Positions 13,401 to 25,820 of a stretch of 64,000 bases of DNA are shown here, in pieces. Where the stretch lies: the NCBI GenBank assembly GCA_010093815.1, contig ML996573.1; one strand, 5' to 3'. The position numbers and the translations under genes are program-made. The notes beneath the pieces are model-generated. The model saw nothing but the letters and a program-made list of their open reading frames with translations, had not been told where the DNA came from and did not search any database. This DNA comes from Pseudovirgaria hyperparasitica (Eukaryota). How positions within the stretch are numbered: the stretch's first letter is position 1; every line of letters starts with the position of its first letter.

Positions 13401-15186
13401 TCGTGGGGGTAATTATGGCATTGTGCATGAAAACATAATGTGAAGCTAGTTTCGGGGCTGATTTCCTCGGTACTGGAAGGCTGAAGATACTCATCGGATT
13501 GTAAAATCGAGAGTTAGCATCAGCCACTTTCACAAGAAGAGCTTTGGCGGTGGCCTTTGGCAACCCACTGATCTGCACAAGAAAATCTCGATCGATGTTA
13601 TGGTCGCACAGCTTGCCCTTACTGATGCAGACTTCCAACTGGTAGCGTACTGAGAAGTCTAAGGGGGCGAGGTCAGACCCGAGGTGCTCCAATGCCGTAA
13701 GCTGGAGGTTACTGGCGCTCTCAGCTTCCTCAAGCAGGCTCCAAAATTTTGATTCTTGTCTCGGGTGAAGAATTCCATCTGGATTAGGGATGATTCTAAC
13801 GTTGTAGTCGGTAAGCGCACGGAGAATGGGTTTGTAGTTGACGAGGTCATTGGCGCTTCGTTCAAATACGAGTCTGTAAGTGGTCCAGCGGCCTGAGTAG
13901 ATTGATGTTAGGTCTTATTCACGTGTCTTACACTTAGGATGCACTGACCAGTGTCGATGATAGAACTATTTCTGTGTAGTGTCGTGGGACTTCGCATCAT
14001 CTCTCGCCGCTCTTTATCGTGTTCAATGTGGGTCTGTCGAATCCATGTCTGCCAGTCGCTCCATCTTCTTCCGTCGCCCTCTGCAAAGCTCTCTTCTACG
14101 TTAGGGTTTCGGCGAAAGTATTTGGGTGGCGATTCCAGGTGTATACGTAGAGCGCGATCATCTGAGTCGCAACGTTCCTCGTATATCTGCTCGAGTTGAA
14201 ACAAAGGTATTCGGAACTTGAAGTCTGTCTGTTGACTGGAGGGGTTTTTGATCTGGTCTTCGGTCTCTGTGTATGTCATGGTAAGAGAGAAGGACACCTC
14301 CACAAACTTCAAGTACAAATCCAATTTGAACGTTATCTTTGACTTCTGGCCAGGCTTCACAGTTCTCATTACCATCATCGATCTTTCGTCGAACATGAAG
14401 CCGAACTCGACAGACTTCGCTGATAGTGTCTAAGTTTGTGTTTGTCAGCGCATGTGAAGACGCTATGCATATCTGGATTGTACTTACCATCTTCTCTGGG
14501 TACCGCTGATTGGGATCGATCGGGCTCGGTTGCGTCCGGGAATTTGTCCGCATCAAATCGATGCCTAAGGAGTGCCCAGGTAGAATTCGTTTTTTCTCAT
14601 TCCAGAATGGACGGTTCGGCGGAGGGCTATATCGAGGGTTAAAAACACCTTCACTTAAGTCGGTAGCAACTCACCAAAACGTTACAATTGCTGTTCTTGG
14701 AGAGCTCTCGACCTCTATACGTGATATGTGTCCATACGCATGGAACATACGATAAATAGTCTTAGGAACTGCGGGCTGGGGCACGTTCGTTACCCTCACC
14801 TTCACCTCTTCATTCTGCTGCCATTCGTAACGAGGTGCCCGAATTCCCCCATTGTGTCTGGCCCAATCGCTCTGTCTCACAGCTTCTCTTTGCGCTTCGG
14901 GCGATCTGACGCGCCGGTCATTGAGACTTTGTACAATGCTTGTATCTCGTTCTCTGGATGCAATGGCAGGCTTTGAAGGTGGAGATAGACTAGAAAGCCC
15001 GGCTACTGCGCATTGCTGTGGGGAATCGCGTGCTGAGGGTGCCGTATTAAATGCTTGCGCTCTGTCCACGGCGATCTGTGGCTCAGAATCGAGAAGCCAT
15101 GACATTACGGATGGGCTCTGCGTGTAGCTCATTTTTTGTGGCTTGGATGGCCCAGAACTCGATTGCGGTCTGCTCGCGGACGACAT
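10435..15186 (-). CDS. sad-1: Eukaryotic RNA-dependent RNA polymerase, SAD-1/Rdp1-like clade; 3 introns in the 5' part
   Basis: Catalytic CSGGDLDGDDY, plus RNPSLHPGD, FSDGVGKIS, QFRLGGCKG, FLAFGNSQFRENGAYFF and VRYQLEVCIS; RRM-like N-terminal exon (VKVRVTNVP..GHISRIEV). The clade call rests on my recall of motifs. Confidence 0.88.
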
Positions 15187-15704
15187 GAATTGAGGTGCGA
15201 GAAGCGCTGCGTTCCAGAGTATCGGTCATTCGGTTCGCTTACGTAGATCGAAGAAGATTAAGATTAAGTATTGACTGGCAGTAACGGCGGATAAATGATC
15301 GACAAAAGTAAGTGAGAAGTTGCGTAGATACACCCAAGTTTGGAAGGTTTTGGTGCTCCAAGGCAAGTGACTTTGCCGCGCTGGTCGCCGCTGCCGGGTT
15401 GGTTTAACTTGAGCGTGACAAGGTTGACAGATGCTAAATTTCAGGAACGAGCCATTGTTATAGAGCTTGGCAAGCGGAAACAATGTGAAGGATCTGCAGG
15501 TGTTCACCCTCAGCTGTGTCACCATCATAAAAAATAGAATTACGTCCGATCAACGCGGAAATCAAGAAACAAAGCAATAAGATCTCGTAGGATCAAGAAA
15601 TATCAAAATGCGCGGGCATAAATTGAGAACCATTTTGGTTGCTGTCAAATATGAGACCTAGAGTCATGCTAGCAGTCCCAGAAAAGCAAACGGGCAGGCC
15701 AAAT

Positions 15705-18700
15705 CTACAATTCATCCACGTCGACAGTCTCATTGTCTTGTTGTTCACCTACCTCATTCATGGCATTATTTCTGCCAAGACGTGGAGTCAAAGGCGTGCT
15801 TGTGAACACATTGCTTGTATCAAATGAAGTGATCTCCATGACTGGAAGCATCTTGCGCAGCTGTTTGCCCGAATTCTGTGACATATTGCTCTTGAACAGA
15901 TCGTCCGAAGGTCGTAAGGCTGCACGTACAGGTGACATATTTCCGCGACCGGTGGAGACATCAAATAAGGCTTGTCGAAGAGGAATTGTGGAAAGCCTGC
16001 CTGGCTGTGTGATGATATTGACACTTACAGATGGAGGAGTCCTGGATGGAGACCCTTCGGCCGAGTCCTCATCTACTTCACATTGCCTCGTAACATTCAA
16101 TAGAGAGCGCCGTGCCCTTGGGGTGTTAGGGTTCTGCCTTCGGATCAGTGGCACACGAAAGCTTTTGCGCGGCTTTGCTCGCTTTGGGGTTGGTCCATCT
16201 TTCGAAGAGCTAGATCCAAAAGATGTGTTCATGTCTGTAAGCTGAGACACGTCCGGCGCTGTAGTAGATGTCCGCGGCGCCTTGATTGGTGTGCTACGTG
16301 CGGCTCTTTTCGGGTGCTTTGCCTTCTGTTCCACCAAAACATCCGCACCAGGCCCGCCCTTCACACCAGGCATCATGGACACGAGTTGTTGTTGCCAGGC
16401 TTTATATTGAAAGATCTCAGCGTCCTTTGAGGCACATGTTTGATCCAGTTCCACGATGTGTAGCCTGAGATTCTCAATCTCAGAAGAATGCTGTTCGATT
16501 TCCTCCGCTAGGTTTCTCCGCTCCTCCTCAAATTTGGATTTGGCGTGGTTGAATTCAGAGGTTTCCTGATCCAGTCGGCATTGTATGTCGTCAAGATGTT
16601 CTTCATATTCAAGCTCTTTACATCGCAACTCTGCCGTTGCCTGTGCATTAGCTTCCTTCGACAATCGGTCTTGGTCGGCTAATTGTTCCCGTAGTTTATC
16701 TGCTTCTGCAGAAACCTCATCAAGGCTGGAGCGAGCGTGGCCCAATTCAGCGCTTATGATTTGCTCACGACCCTTAATTACTAAGATCTCCTTGTCCTTG
16801 TGTGCACAACAATCAATAGTATGCTGGAGTTTCTCACGTGACTTTTCCAGTTCTGCTTCAAGAGTAGCCATTGCTTCCAGCTTTTCACTGAAATCAGCCC
16901 GAAGTATTTCCAATACTGAGTTGTCTTCCGAGATTTTTTCTTTCAAGTTCACTATCTCTGTTCTCTGCTCCTGGACGAGGTCTGCTTTCGATGACACTGT
17001 GACTCGAAGATCTGTAACTTCGGCATCGAGAGCTTCCTGGGCGGTGAGCAGGTTGGTATGACCAGCTTCAGCCTTCTTCAACTCATTCTGTATGGCTTCT
17101 ATCGTGCCAGACAAAGTGTTGTTTTCCGACGCAAGGTCCCGCACGACAGCCTCGACATCTTGTAGTTCAGACTCAAGGCCAGAGACAACAAAGGTCTTGT
17201 CGTTCACCTCGGTACTGAGCTCCTTTAATCTAAATTCTAGAGCATTGCATTTGTCCGCAAGCTCTTTGCTATGTGCTTGTTCATTTCTCAACGGTTGCTC
17301 CGAGAGCTCACAACGTTGTTCCAAATCACGACAAATTTGCGCGATTGTTTGTAGCATGTTTTTCTGCTGGGATGAATTGTGGAGTTCTAGCTCTCGAGCA
17401 ATCTTCGACCTCCAGTCCTCATCTTCAAGGTTCAGTTGAGTACACTCCTGCTCTATGATGCACAATAAGCTCTTCTGACTTTGTTGAGCCATTTTCGCGT
17501 GAGTACAGGGGAAGTGAATGTTCTCAAGGCGGTGCTGCATGCGAAGAAGTTCGGACCATACTGAGCTCCTTGCATCTGCGTTATCTTTGAAATGATAGAG
17601 CCTCCCTCTCAATAGCATAGTTGACACGCTGATGGCCGTAGAGCGCTGAAGATTGTTCATTGCCGACGAGCAATGACTGACCGCTTCAGGGATGGATGAT
17701 CCAGTATCAGGGAGAACCTCCAAAAACTCTCTGAGCTCTTTATGGACCTTCCCAGAACCAAGTGTGGAGACGATCGAATCACTGAACGCCGAGGAATGGG
17801 GCAGTGAGTCAGCGATGACTTTGGCGATAGACCGGGCGCGCAACAGATGTACCGAGTTCGAGGGTTTCGTGGATGTTACCAAAAGACTAGACATTAAAGC
17901 CGTTATCGATATGTCGTCTAGCAATTTCTACCACTATTAGCGCCTTCCGCATCTGTGGCGTCAGATAGACTTACAGAGTACCTGGTCAAGGCTTGAGTCA
18001 ACCAAGAAAAACTGATCTCTAGGCTGATCATCAAGTTTCGGAACAGATCACGAAATTGACGGGTGATCTCAGCTGGAAGGTGATCTGCATCAACGAGGCA
18101 CGATATATATGCGATTGCCTATAGCTATTAGTTTCAGTAAAAAGTTTCATCGAATTGTGCTCACCTCGCCTTGTAGAGATGCGCCCAATGTAGGCTTTGC
18201 CACATATTGCAATAGCTTTGAGAGAATTTGGTCACTGTTCTGTGTCCTTTGTGCGCTCCAATCTTTCGTGCGTTCTTCACCTATCGTGGCAATCACCCTC
18301 CTAGCGGCCTGAACTCGTGCAATCGAATCTGCAGTAGAGGATGAATCACCCTTGCAAGCATCAATTACATTAGAATTGATCAGGTCAATCTGCTTCAATG
18401 CATTCGCTCCGTGGAACAGCATGGTAGCTATAGTCTTCTCAGAGTTGGATGTAGTACATTCATTCCGCGATAGGAGACACAGGAGGTCTACCGCGAAAAG
18501 ATCGAACCTGCGATTCTCTGGCGTGGGTGGCTTCTTCATTTGCAGGATTCGCTTCACATTGCGCTCGAATTGTGTAACGAGATTGGCTGGTAGAAGAGCG
18601 GGTAAGGAAAAACATGCACCACGCGTAAGTGTGTGGGCTCTACGCAGATTCTCGAATGTAGGCGAACTGGCAAGATTATGGAAAACTTGCACAAAGAAAT

Positions 18701-19314
18701 CATGCGCCGATGCTGGTAAAGCTATAGTTGGAGGTAGTATCTCTGACAGCAGTAATATGCAGATGTGGGAGTACTGCAGCCATCAGTGTTTGATACCTCG
18801 CGGCAGTGGCGTATGACCCACTCGATCAAAATCCGGTGCAGAGAACACGGCTTTCTGCACGAAAGCATCAAGAAACGAGGAATGCTGCCTCAGGAACGTC
18901 TGTAGGAAGCTCGCAGCATGTACTAATGCAGCAGTGATCAGCATGACATTCCATATTTCTAGCAGATTGGTCCTTCTTACAGAGCCTCTGTAATAAGTCC
19001 AGCGCGAATGGCCACAACGAGAGAGCGTCAGACACAGCGATAGCAAGCCTCGACAGCTGGCACGGGTTGTTGTAAGCCCATATCTGAAGTGTCTCAGTGT
19101 CTACCCTGGTGACAAGATTATGAAGTTTCTATACGGCCAATGCAGTGATCAGCAGTCGTTTCATAGACCATGAGAGATAGATCAAGGTCTGGCATGGAAT
19201 GGGATTTGAATGGGATTTGAATACCTTGAGCGACACGGGATACGGTGACATGATGATCCGGTCAACTTCATCCCGCAATTGCTGCTCAATGGCTGGATCA
19301 CCCGTAATGGACAT
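15705..19314 (-). CDS. Hypothetical protein: helical N-terminal region, ~370-aa coiled coil and basic S/T-P-rich C-tail; multi-exon
   Basis: 739-aa terminal ORF with an E/K/L heptad-rich region; upstream exons (MSITGDPAIEQQLRDEVDRIIMSPYPVSLK, KLHNLVTRVD.., VFHNLASSPT..) separated by GT-AG introns. Confidence 0.75.
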
Positions 19315-21606
19315 GGTGACAAGATCTGTTAATTATTGAAAAGATGATGCAGGTGTTGTTGAAGCATCAAAGTGAAATTGTTTTAATGTTTTGTTCCTGT
19401 TCCCCCCAGCAACGCGCCTTCGTCCCGACTGGCCTCAACCTCAGAACTTCCTGCCTGCACTGAAAACCTCATCGCATCCACGATCACACACAGTACACAA
19501 TCTCGTTTCAACGCCTATTCAGGTCACGGTAGCGCAGTCCTCTTCAGCTGCAATTCTTACTCGAACCTAAGCTACTTGGCATCGTAGTAGCCCAGTAAAA
19601 CCTGGAGTGGCTTTTTCGCCCGCTAGACTTCCTGTGGCAACACCGAGGGCGTTTCAGCATGGGACGACTATGTGTGATGTAGCGAGCTTTTCGCACGCCA
19701 CACGAAGCATAATACTCCATCAGAGCTAGGGAGCCTAGCTGCGGCGACGACATTTGGTCATAGCCAATACGTGATCACATCTCACTCTACATCACAACAT
19801 TACCAAGGTGGCGAAGAGACGATGGACTAGCTGCAGACCATACAGCGCACTTAATCTCCTCACCGCTAGATGGCGGATTCTAAAGTCGAGACTAAGGTTG
19901 AGTCCAACGTCAGACTGATCATCCAAGTCATGAAAGCACTAACTGTTACAATTTTGAGTCCGGGGGTGGATCCGGAGAGATGGGAATCCGTCTCCGCATT
20001 GTGTAGCCCTGCGGAGCAGCTGACGACCTGCTTGACTGGGCACACACTCACTTACTGTAGGTTGACCATCAGATGGGCGCCATGGGCAGGCAGCAGTGCA
20101 TTCTTCCTCGCAGAGCCGCCCTGTTCCCTGTCGACTGTTTACTGTCGGCACACGCTCTACACAGCTCTGGCACCAGCCTCTCAGGTTACGCTCAATCGCC
20201 AATGCATTGCATCCCTGCAGGTTCTGTCGGAACAAGAGCCGGACCGCCGATATCTGGACCGCTGCATTAATATGATTAACCAGAGTATATGACATGACGG
20301 TAAGCTCCTCAATACCCATCTGGGCATAGGTCAGCTGTCAGCTATCTACTTACCTCCGTCGCCCGTCCATCATGCACCTTTTTCGTCCTCAAACAAGCGC
20401 TAGAAACGTGGGCCAACGTGGGAGGATTGAAGACGCCTAGATTTTGGGAACGTGAGCCTCACCTTCGGCACCCTCGACTTATCCCGTATCCTAGACACAG
20501 GGAGACAGGGGGTGAGGCAGAGAGGCGTCCTACTGTACTACATACCTGGGTATAACCCCGCCATTATCTTGACCTCAACGTTGAGCCCCACAGACATGTT
20601 ACATGGTGATGTCTATACCAGTGTCGCGTTCAAAGCAGAAGCCGGATCATCATCAGCATCGTCACCGTCATCATCAGCATCGTCACCATCATCATCATCA
20701 CAACCACCAGACACGCGATCATCGCTACGGAAGTGATTGTTTTGTCGCCGTAGCCGTAATCGCTTCGTTCTCCACCACCACCAACACTGTCCGTATCGTC
20801 GGCCAGTGCCGCTTCGCAAAGGCGATTCGCCGTCTCTCTTGTCTCTCTGGCCGCTTCTGCAACGGTCGAGCAATCATCACACAGAATACCTAGCACAGTG
20901 GCCGATCATGTAGGCGTTCCCCGCAAAGGTTGGCCTCGACATGTACCGCTTGCCCCTCCCCTTACATCCATCCCGTCCTCAGTCGATCATGCACAATGCA
21001 GCCCTTTTTGCTCCTGCATGCGAAAGAAGTCGCTATCGATGGTCGGCTGTTCGCTCGGATGTCCCTAGGTAGGTCGCTCAACATGCAAGCCTGCGCCTCA
21101 TCTCATCATACGTGGTTCCTAGACGCAATACGCTCACGGCTAGTCGAAGCTGCTCCTCCTGCACCATTATTGCCAATAGGATCCCTGTCAGTCCTTCCCT
21201 AAGGTGCCATTCAGCCTACGGACAGATATCCTGGATTCGTATCTCGCCGACGTGCCTGATTCTGGTGCTGGTGTTGGTGCTGATGCTGGTTTTGAGCTGG
21301 CGTAGTTCCCGTTTGCGTAATATCTATTTGCTGCACCTAGTCATTATTGCACAGAGCGGTGCGCCAACAGCGTCTACTCTCCCTTTCCCTACTTCTTGAC
21401 TCTGACAAACACTGGATCCCCACCACCATACAAAAGCTGTCATGAGCCCCGCTGCCTTATCTGTCTACTCCACCTCTACAGGCCTTTTGACTTGCCGCAA
21501 TCTAATGGCGCCTTTAAGTCTCTGGCAGGGCTCAGCTATATCACCATTGCTCCGGTCGCCAAAGCGTTATATCGATTGCAGGTAGATCTTCTCCAACTTG
21601 ATCACC

Positions 21607-23713
21607 ATGTTCCGCTCGGCGCGGATTATGTCCCGACGCCTGCATACATCTCCTGTAAAGTGGGGCTTCTCCGGAACACGCGACGGCCAGCATAGCAACG
21701 TACTATCACAAAAGTCTTTCTGGACCGCTAGCCGCGTATTACTGTTCACCTCATTCACAGCTTCATTGACATACGCCTACGGTCTTAGTGATACCAGCCC
21801 CCATTTTCATATTCCATGGCTTAGTGCGGCGAAGCCACGATATGGCAACAAAAAGCAGATGGAAATGGTAGATATTGCCCAAGACTTAGCAGAACAGCTT
21901 CATTGATTTCTTTAGGCAGTTGAAGAGCTTCGATCGGTCTTAGGTGCAGATGCCGTCAGTACCGACGATGACGATCTATTATTGCACGGATATTCAGAAT
22001 GGTCATCAATCAATATCGATCAATTGCCAGTCGCCGTGGTATACCCGAAATCCACAGAGGAGGTCTCGCGGCTTGCCAAAGTATGCCATAAGTACAGAGT
22101 TCCAATGAGTATGTAGTATTGGCATACCCACGACAAACGATTGATTCTGGCTTTTAGTTCCGTATTCAGGCGGGTCTAGCCTAGAAGCAAATTTTTCTGC
22201 GCCGTATGGTGGTATGAGCGTGGACTTTGTTCACATGGATCAGATCGTGGCTTTACATGAAGACGAGTAAGATTTAACCATCAGCGGCGGCACAGAAAAT
22301 AGTACTGAACTAGCTACAGTATGGATGTGGTTGTTCAGCCAGCGATGGCGTGGATGAACCTGAATGAACTCATCAAAGATTCCGGGCTTTTCTTCCCTGT
22401 TGATCCTGGGCCATCTGTGAGTTGGTGTTACTATGCTGAAGCTTGCAGAATAAATCTGATGATTTCCTAGGCTAGGATTGGAGGTATGGTAGGAACTAGC
22501 TGCAGGTGAGAAAGGATCTTGAGAAAGAGTTTTGCAACCTACTAACAAATCGCAGTGGAACAAACGCTGTCCGTTACGGTACCATGAAGGACTGGGTTAT
22601 AAATCTAACCGTCGTGTTAGCTGACGGTACCGTCATAAAGACGCGGCAACGTCCCAGGTCAGCACCTTCCTAAACATGCCAGGCTCGACGTTTTACTTAC
22701 AACAGTAAAGAAAATCATCTGCAGGATACAATCTGACCAGTCTATTCATTGGATCAGAAGGAACATTAGGTTTTGTTACTGAAATCACGCTCAAGCTTGC
22801 CGTCGTACCACAGGAGACAAGCGTTGCGGTCGTCACGTTTCCGACAATACGTGACGCGGCGGCAGCAGCTTCTAAGGTTATGCGATCAGGGATCCCTGTG
22901 GCGGCAATGGAGTTGATGGACGAAGTACAAATGTCTGTTATCAACAAGACTGGCTCAACAACGAAAAAGTGGAGAGAAGAGCCTACAATGTTCTTCAAGT
23001 ATGTGTTCGGCTCCTTGATAGATGCCACCGACTCACTCCAAACAGGTTCTCAGGAACGAAACAAGGAGTATGCATGCCCTTACTTCCAGGGAACTGGCAA
23101 ACATCTAACCAGCTCATAGGTACAGGAAAACATCAGAGCAGTGAAATCTATATCTAAGCAGCACAAGAGCGCCGAGTTTGAGTTTGCTATGACTCCCGAA
23201 GAGCAAAAAACTCTCTGGTCAGCACGCAAAGAGGCTCTCTGGAGCATGCTCGCCCTGCGCAAAGATGAAGGCTCCGAAGTGTGGTCCACTGACGTGGCCG
23301 TTCCTCTTTCTCGCCTGCCCGACATCATAGGTACACCACCAGGTATCTACCGCACTTTATTAATCAGCTAACATGAGCACCTAGAAATTTCGAAGAAAGA
23401 GATGGATGATCTCGGCCTCTTCGCTAGTGTTCTTGGGCATATCGGCGACGGCAATTTCCATGAAAGCATCTTGTATAACAAGAACAATCCCAAGGAGCGC
23501 GCAGCTATCGAGCAGTGTGTCCAACGTATGGTGGATCGCGCATTGGAAATGGAAGGGACCTGCACCGGAGAGCACGGGATTGGTCTTGGGAAGAAGAAAT
23601 CGCTGGTGAAAGAATTGGGCTTGGAAACCATTGAGGTCATGAAGAGCGTCAAGCATGCCCTTGATCCGTACTGGCTCATGAATCCCGGGAAGATCATGGA
23701 CTTGCCAAATTAG
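21607..23713 (+). CDS. DLD1: Mitochondrial D-lactate dehydrogenase (cytochrome), FAD-linked oxidase; about 9 introns
   Basis: Presequence-like [12 protein letters not shown]; spliced motifs [53 protein letters not shown] and LMNPGKI. Confidence 0.9.
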
Positions 23714-24121
23714 ATCGGAACTGTCGACCTCAAGGACAGTTTCAGTTTCCTTACCTATTCCCTGAGATGAGATGAGTATTTGCATAGGAACGGCTTTCTG
23801 ACAGCATTTTGGGTCGCGATCAGCCTAGGTGACATTTCTAGCTGACTCCCGTTACATTGTGCTGGGTTCCCTTTAGATCTATGGTAAAAAGTCTCCGTTC
23901 ACTTGAGACTAGATCTAAGATGGTTCCACAATATCAGTTGACAGAAAGATCATTCTTAGATCCACGGGCATAACGAATCTGAAATCGGCCTGTGTAGTAT
24001 AGTAGTCACTCTGATGGATAAAGCCGATTGGCCAGCTGGTATTATTACATACATCTATCTATCGATAAAGAGCTCCCCGCCTTGCCCCACACTGTTGGTG
24101 TTACCCTTTTTTCCCCCTCCG

Positions 24122-24136
24122 ATGACTGATGACTCT
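24122..24136 (+). promoter_or_regulatory. Overlapping Gcn4/CpcA-like elements upstream of HOM2
   Basis: ATGACTGAT (24122-24130) overlaps ATGACTCT (24129-24136); both are near-matches to ATGACTCAT, ~120 bp before the ATG of an amino-acid biosynthesis gene. Confidence 0.5.
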
Positions 24137-24249
24137 GCTGAACCCCGCACGCGTGTCTTTCGAACTTTCGACCCAATACTTGGAAAGGTAGGTACTTAAG
24201 GATATAAGATACAATTGAACTGGTACCAGCCAGAGATATCTTCTAAAAC

Positions 24250-25538
24250 ATGGACGCCGTATCATTCTCATCTAGCAAGCCGCAATTCCCCAAGAAGAAG
24301 TGCGGTGAGTGATACTGCAGTGTCCAATTAAACATGGCAGTTCTCAAACAAACTGATACGGTCTTATAGGTGTCCTTGGAGCAACAGGCTCTGTCGGCCA
24401 ACGATTCATCCTTCTTCTTGCTTTACATCCTCACTTCACTCTTCATGCAGTGGGTGCCTCAGAGCGATCGGCAGACAAAAAGTACAAAGATGCGGTACGG
24501 TGGAAGCAGGCATTACCGATGTCGAAAGAACTGGGTGAGCTGGTAGTGAGGCGATGCACGCCAGAAGAATTCAAAGACTGCGACCTGGTATTCTCCGGGT
24601 TAGACAGCGATGTCGCAGGAGACGTTGGTATGTACAGGGCCGAGAAAATATGATTGTGACTTGTGCGCTGACTGTCAACGCGAGCAGAAATGGCATTTCT
24701 CAAAGCCGAACTCGCAGTTTTCTCCAATGCTAAGAACTATCGTCGCGATCCCCTCGTCCCTCTCGTCGTTCCGACCGTAAATCTTCCTCATCTCGACGTT
24801 CTCACGCACCAGCGCAAACACTATAATCTGAAGAAAGGCTTCTTAGTCTGTAACTCGAACTGTGCAGTCATAGGGCTCGTCATTCCATTCGCGGCACTAC
24901 AGGCTAAATTCGGCCCGGTCGATTGTGTGAGCGTCGTCACCATGCAAGCCGTGTCGGGAGCAGGATATCCCGGTGTAAGCAGCATGGACATCATAGATAA
25001 CGTAGTGCCATTAATATCTGGCGAGGAAGATAAGCTAGAAACTGAAGCACAGAAGATTCTAGGGAATGTCAACAGCGACATCACAGGGTTTGAGGACCAG
25101 AGAGATCTGCGGGTGAGTGCGGCGTGCAACAGGGTACCTGTGCTAGATGGCCACACCGCTTGCGTCAGTTTGAGATTTGCGAAGAGACCTCCTCCAAATG
25201 CGGATCAGGTCAAGGCTGCGATGCGGGAGTATGTGAGTGAGGCTCAGAAGCTAGGATGTCCGAGTGCGCCCAAGAATGCGATCGTAGTTATGGAGGAGCC
25301 CGATCGGCCTCAACCAAGATTAGACAGGGAAACCGACCGAGGCTATGCAGTCAGTGTAGGTCGCATCCGGGAAGATGAGAGTAGGATTTTCGATATCAAG
25401 TTTGTTGCGTTGAGTCATAACAGTAAGTCCCCAATCGACGATGCTTCAATATATACTTACTGGAGAGCAGCTGTCATTGGCGCTGCCGGGTCTTCAATAT
25501 TGAATGCTGAAGCGGCTGTGCTCAAAGGATACGCGTAG
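24250..25538 (+). CDS. HOM2: Aspartate-semialdehyde dehydrogenase; 3 introns
   Basis: Spliced [13 protein letters not shown]ossmann motif, VCNSNC catalytic Cys, [18 protein letters not shown] and [12 protein letters not shown]. Confidence 0.95.
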
Positions 25539-25820
25539 ATGAACTCTGGCAATTGCATGTGGATGAATTGGATTATTAGAATTATAGCATATAGATAAAA
25601 GCATAATACTAGTTGTTGAACTCTGAACTGTAGAGCAGGCCCGTCGGACGAGAGCTAGTGTTCGAGTTTGGACTAGCGTTGCTGAGTAAGTTCGCCGTGC
25701 GCACAGAATTCGCTTCGCGAAAATCCAAATTGCTAGTGGAGAGACTCGTTCTTACGACTTCAACGCCCAACGACAACCCACGACAAATTCCTTTCGACCT
25801 TCCTTGATTATATCGCAATC

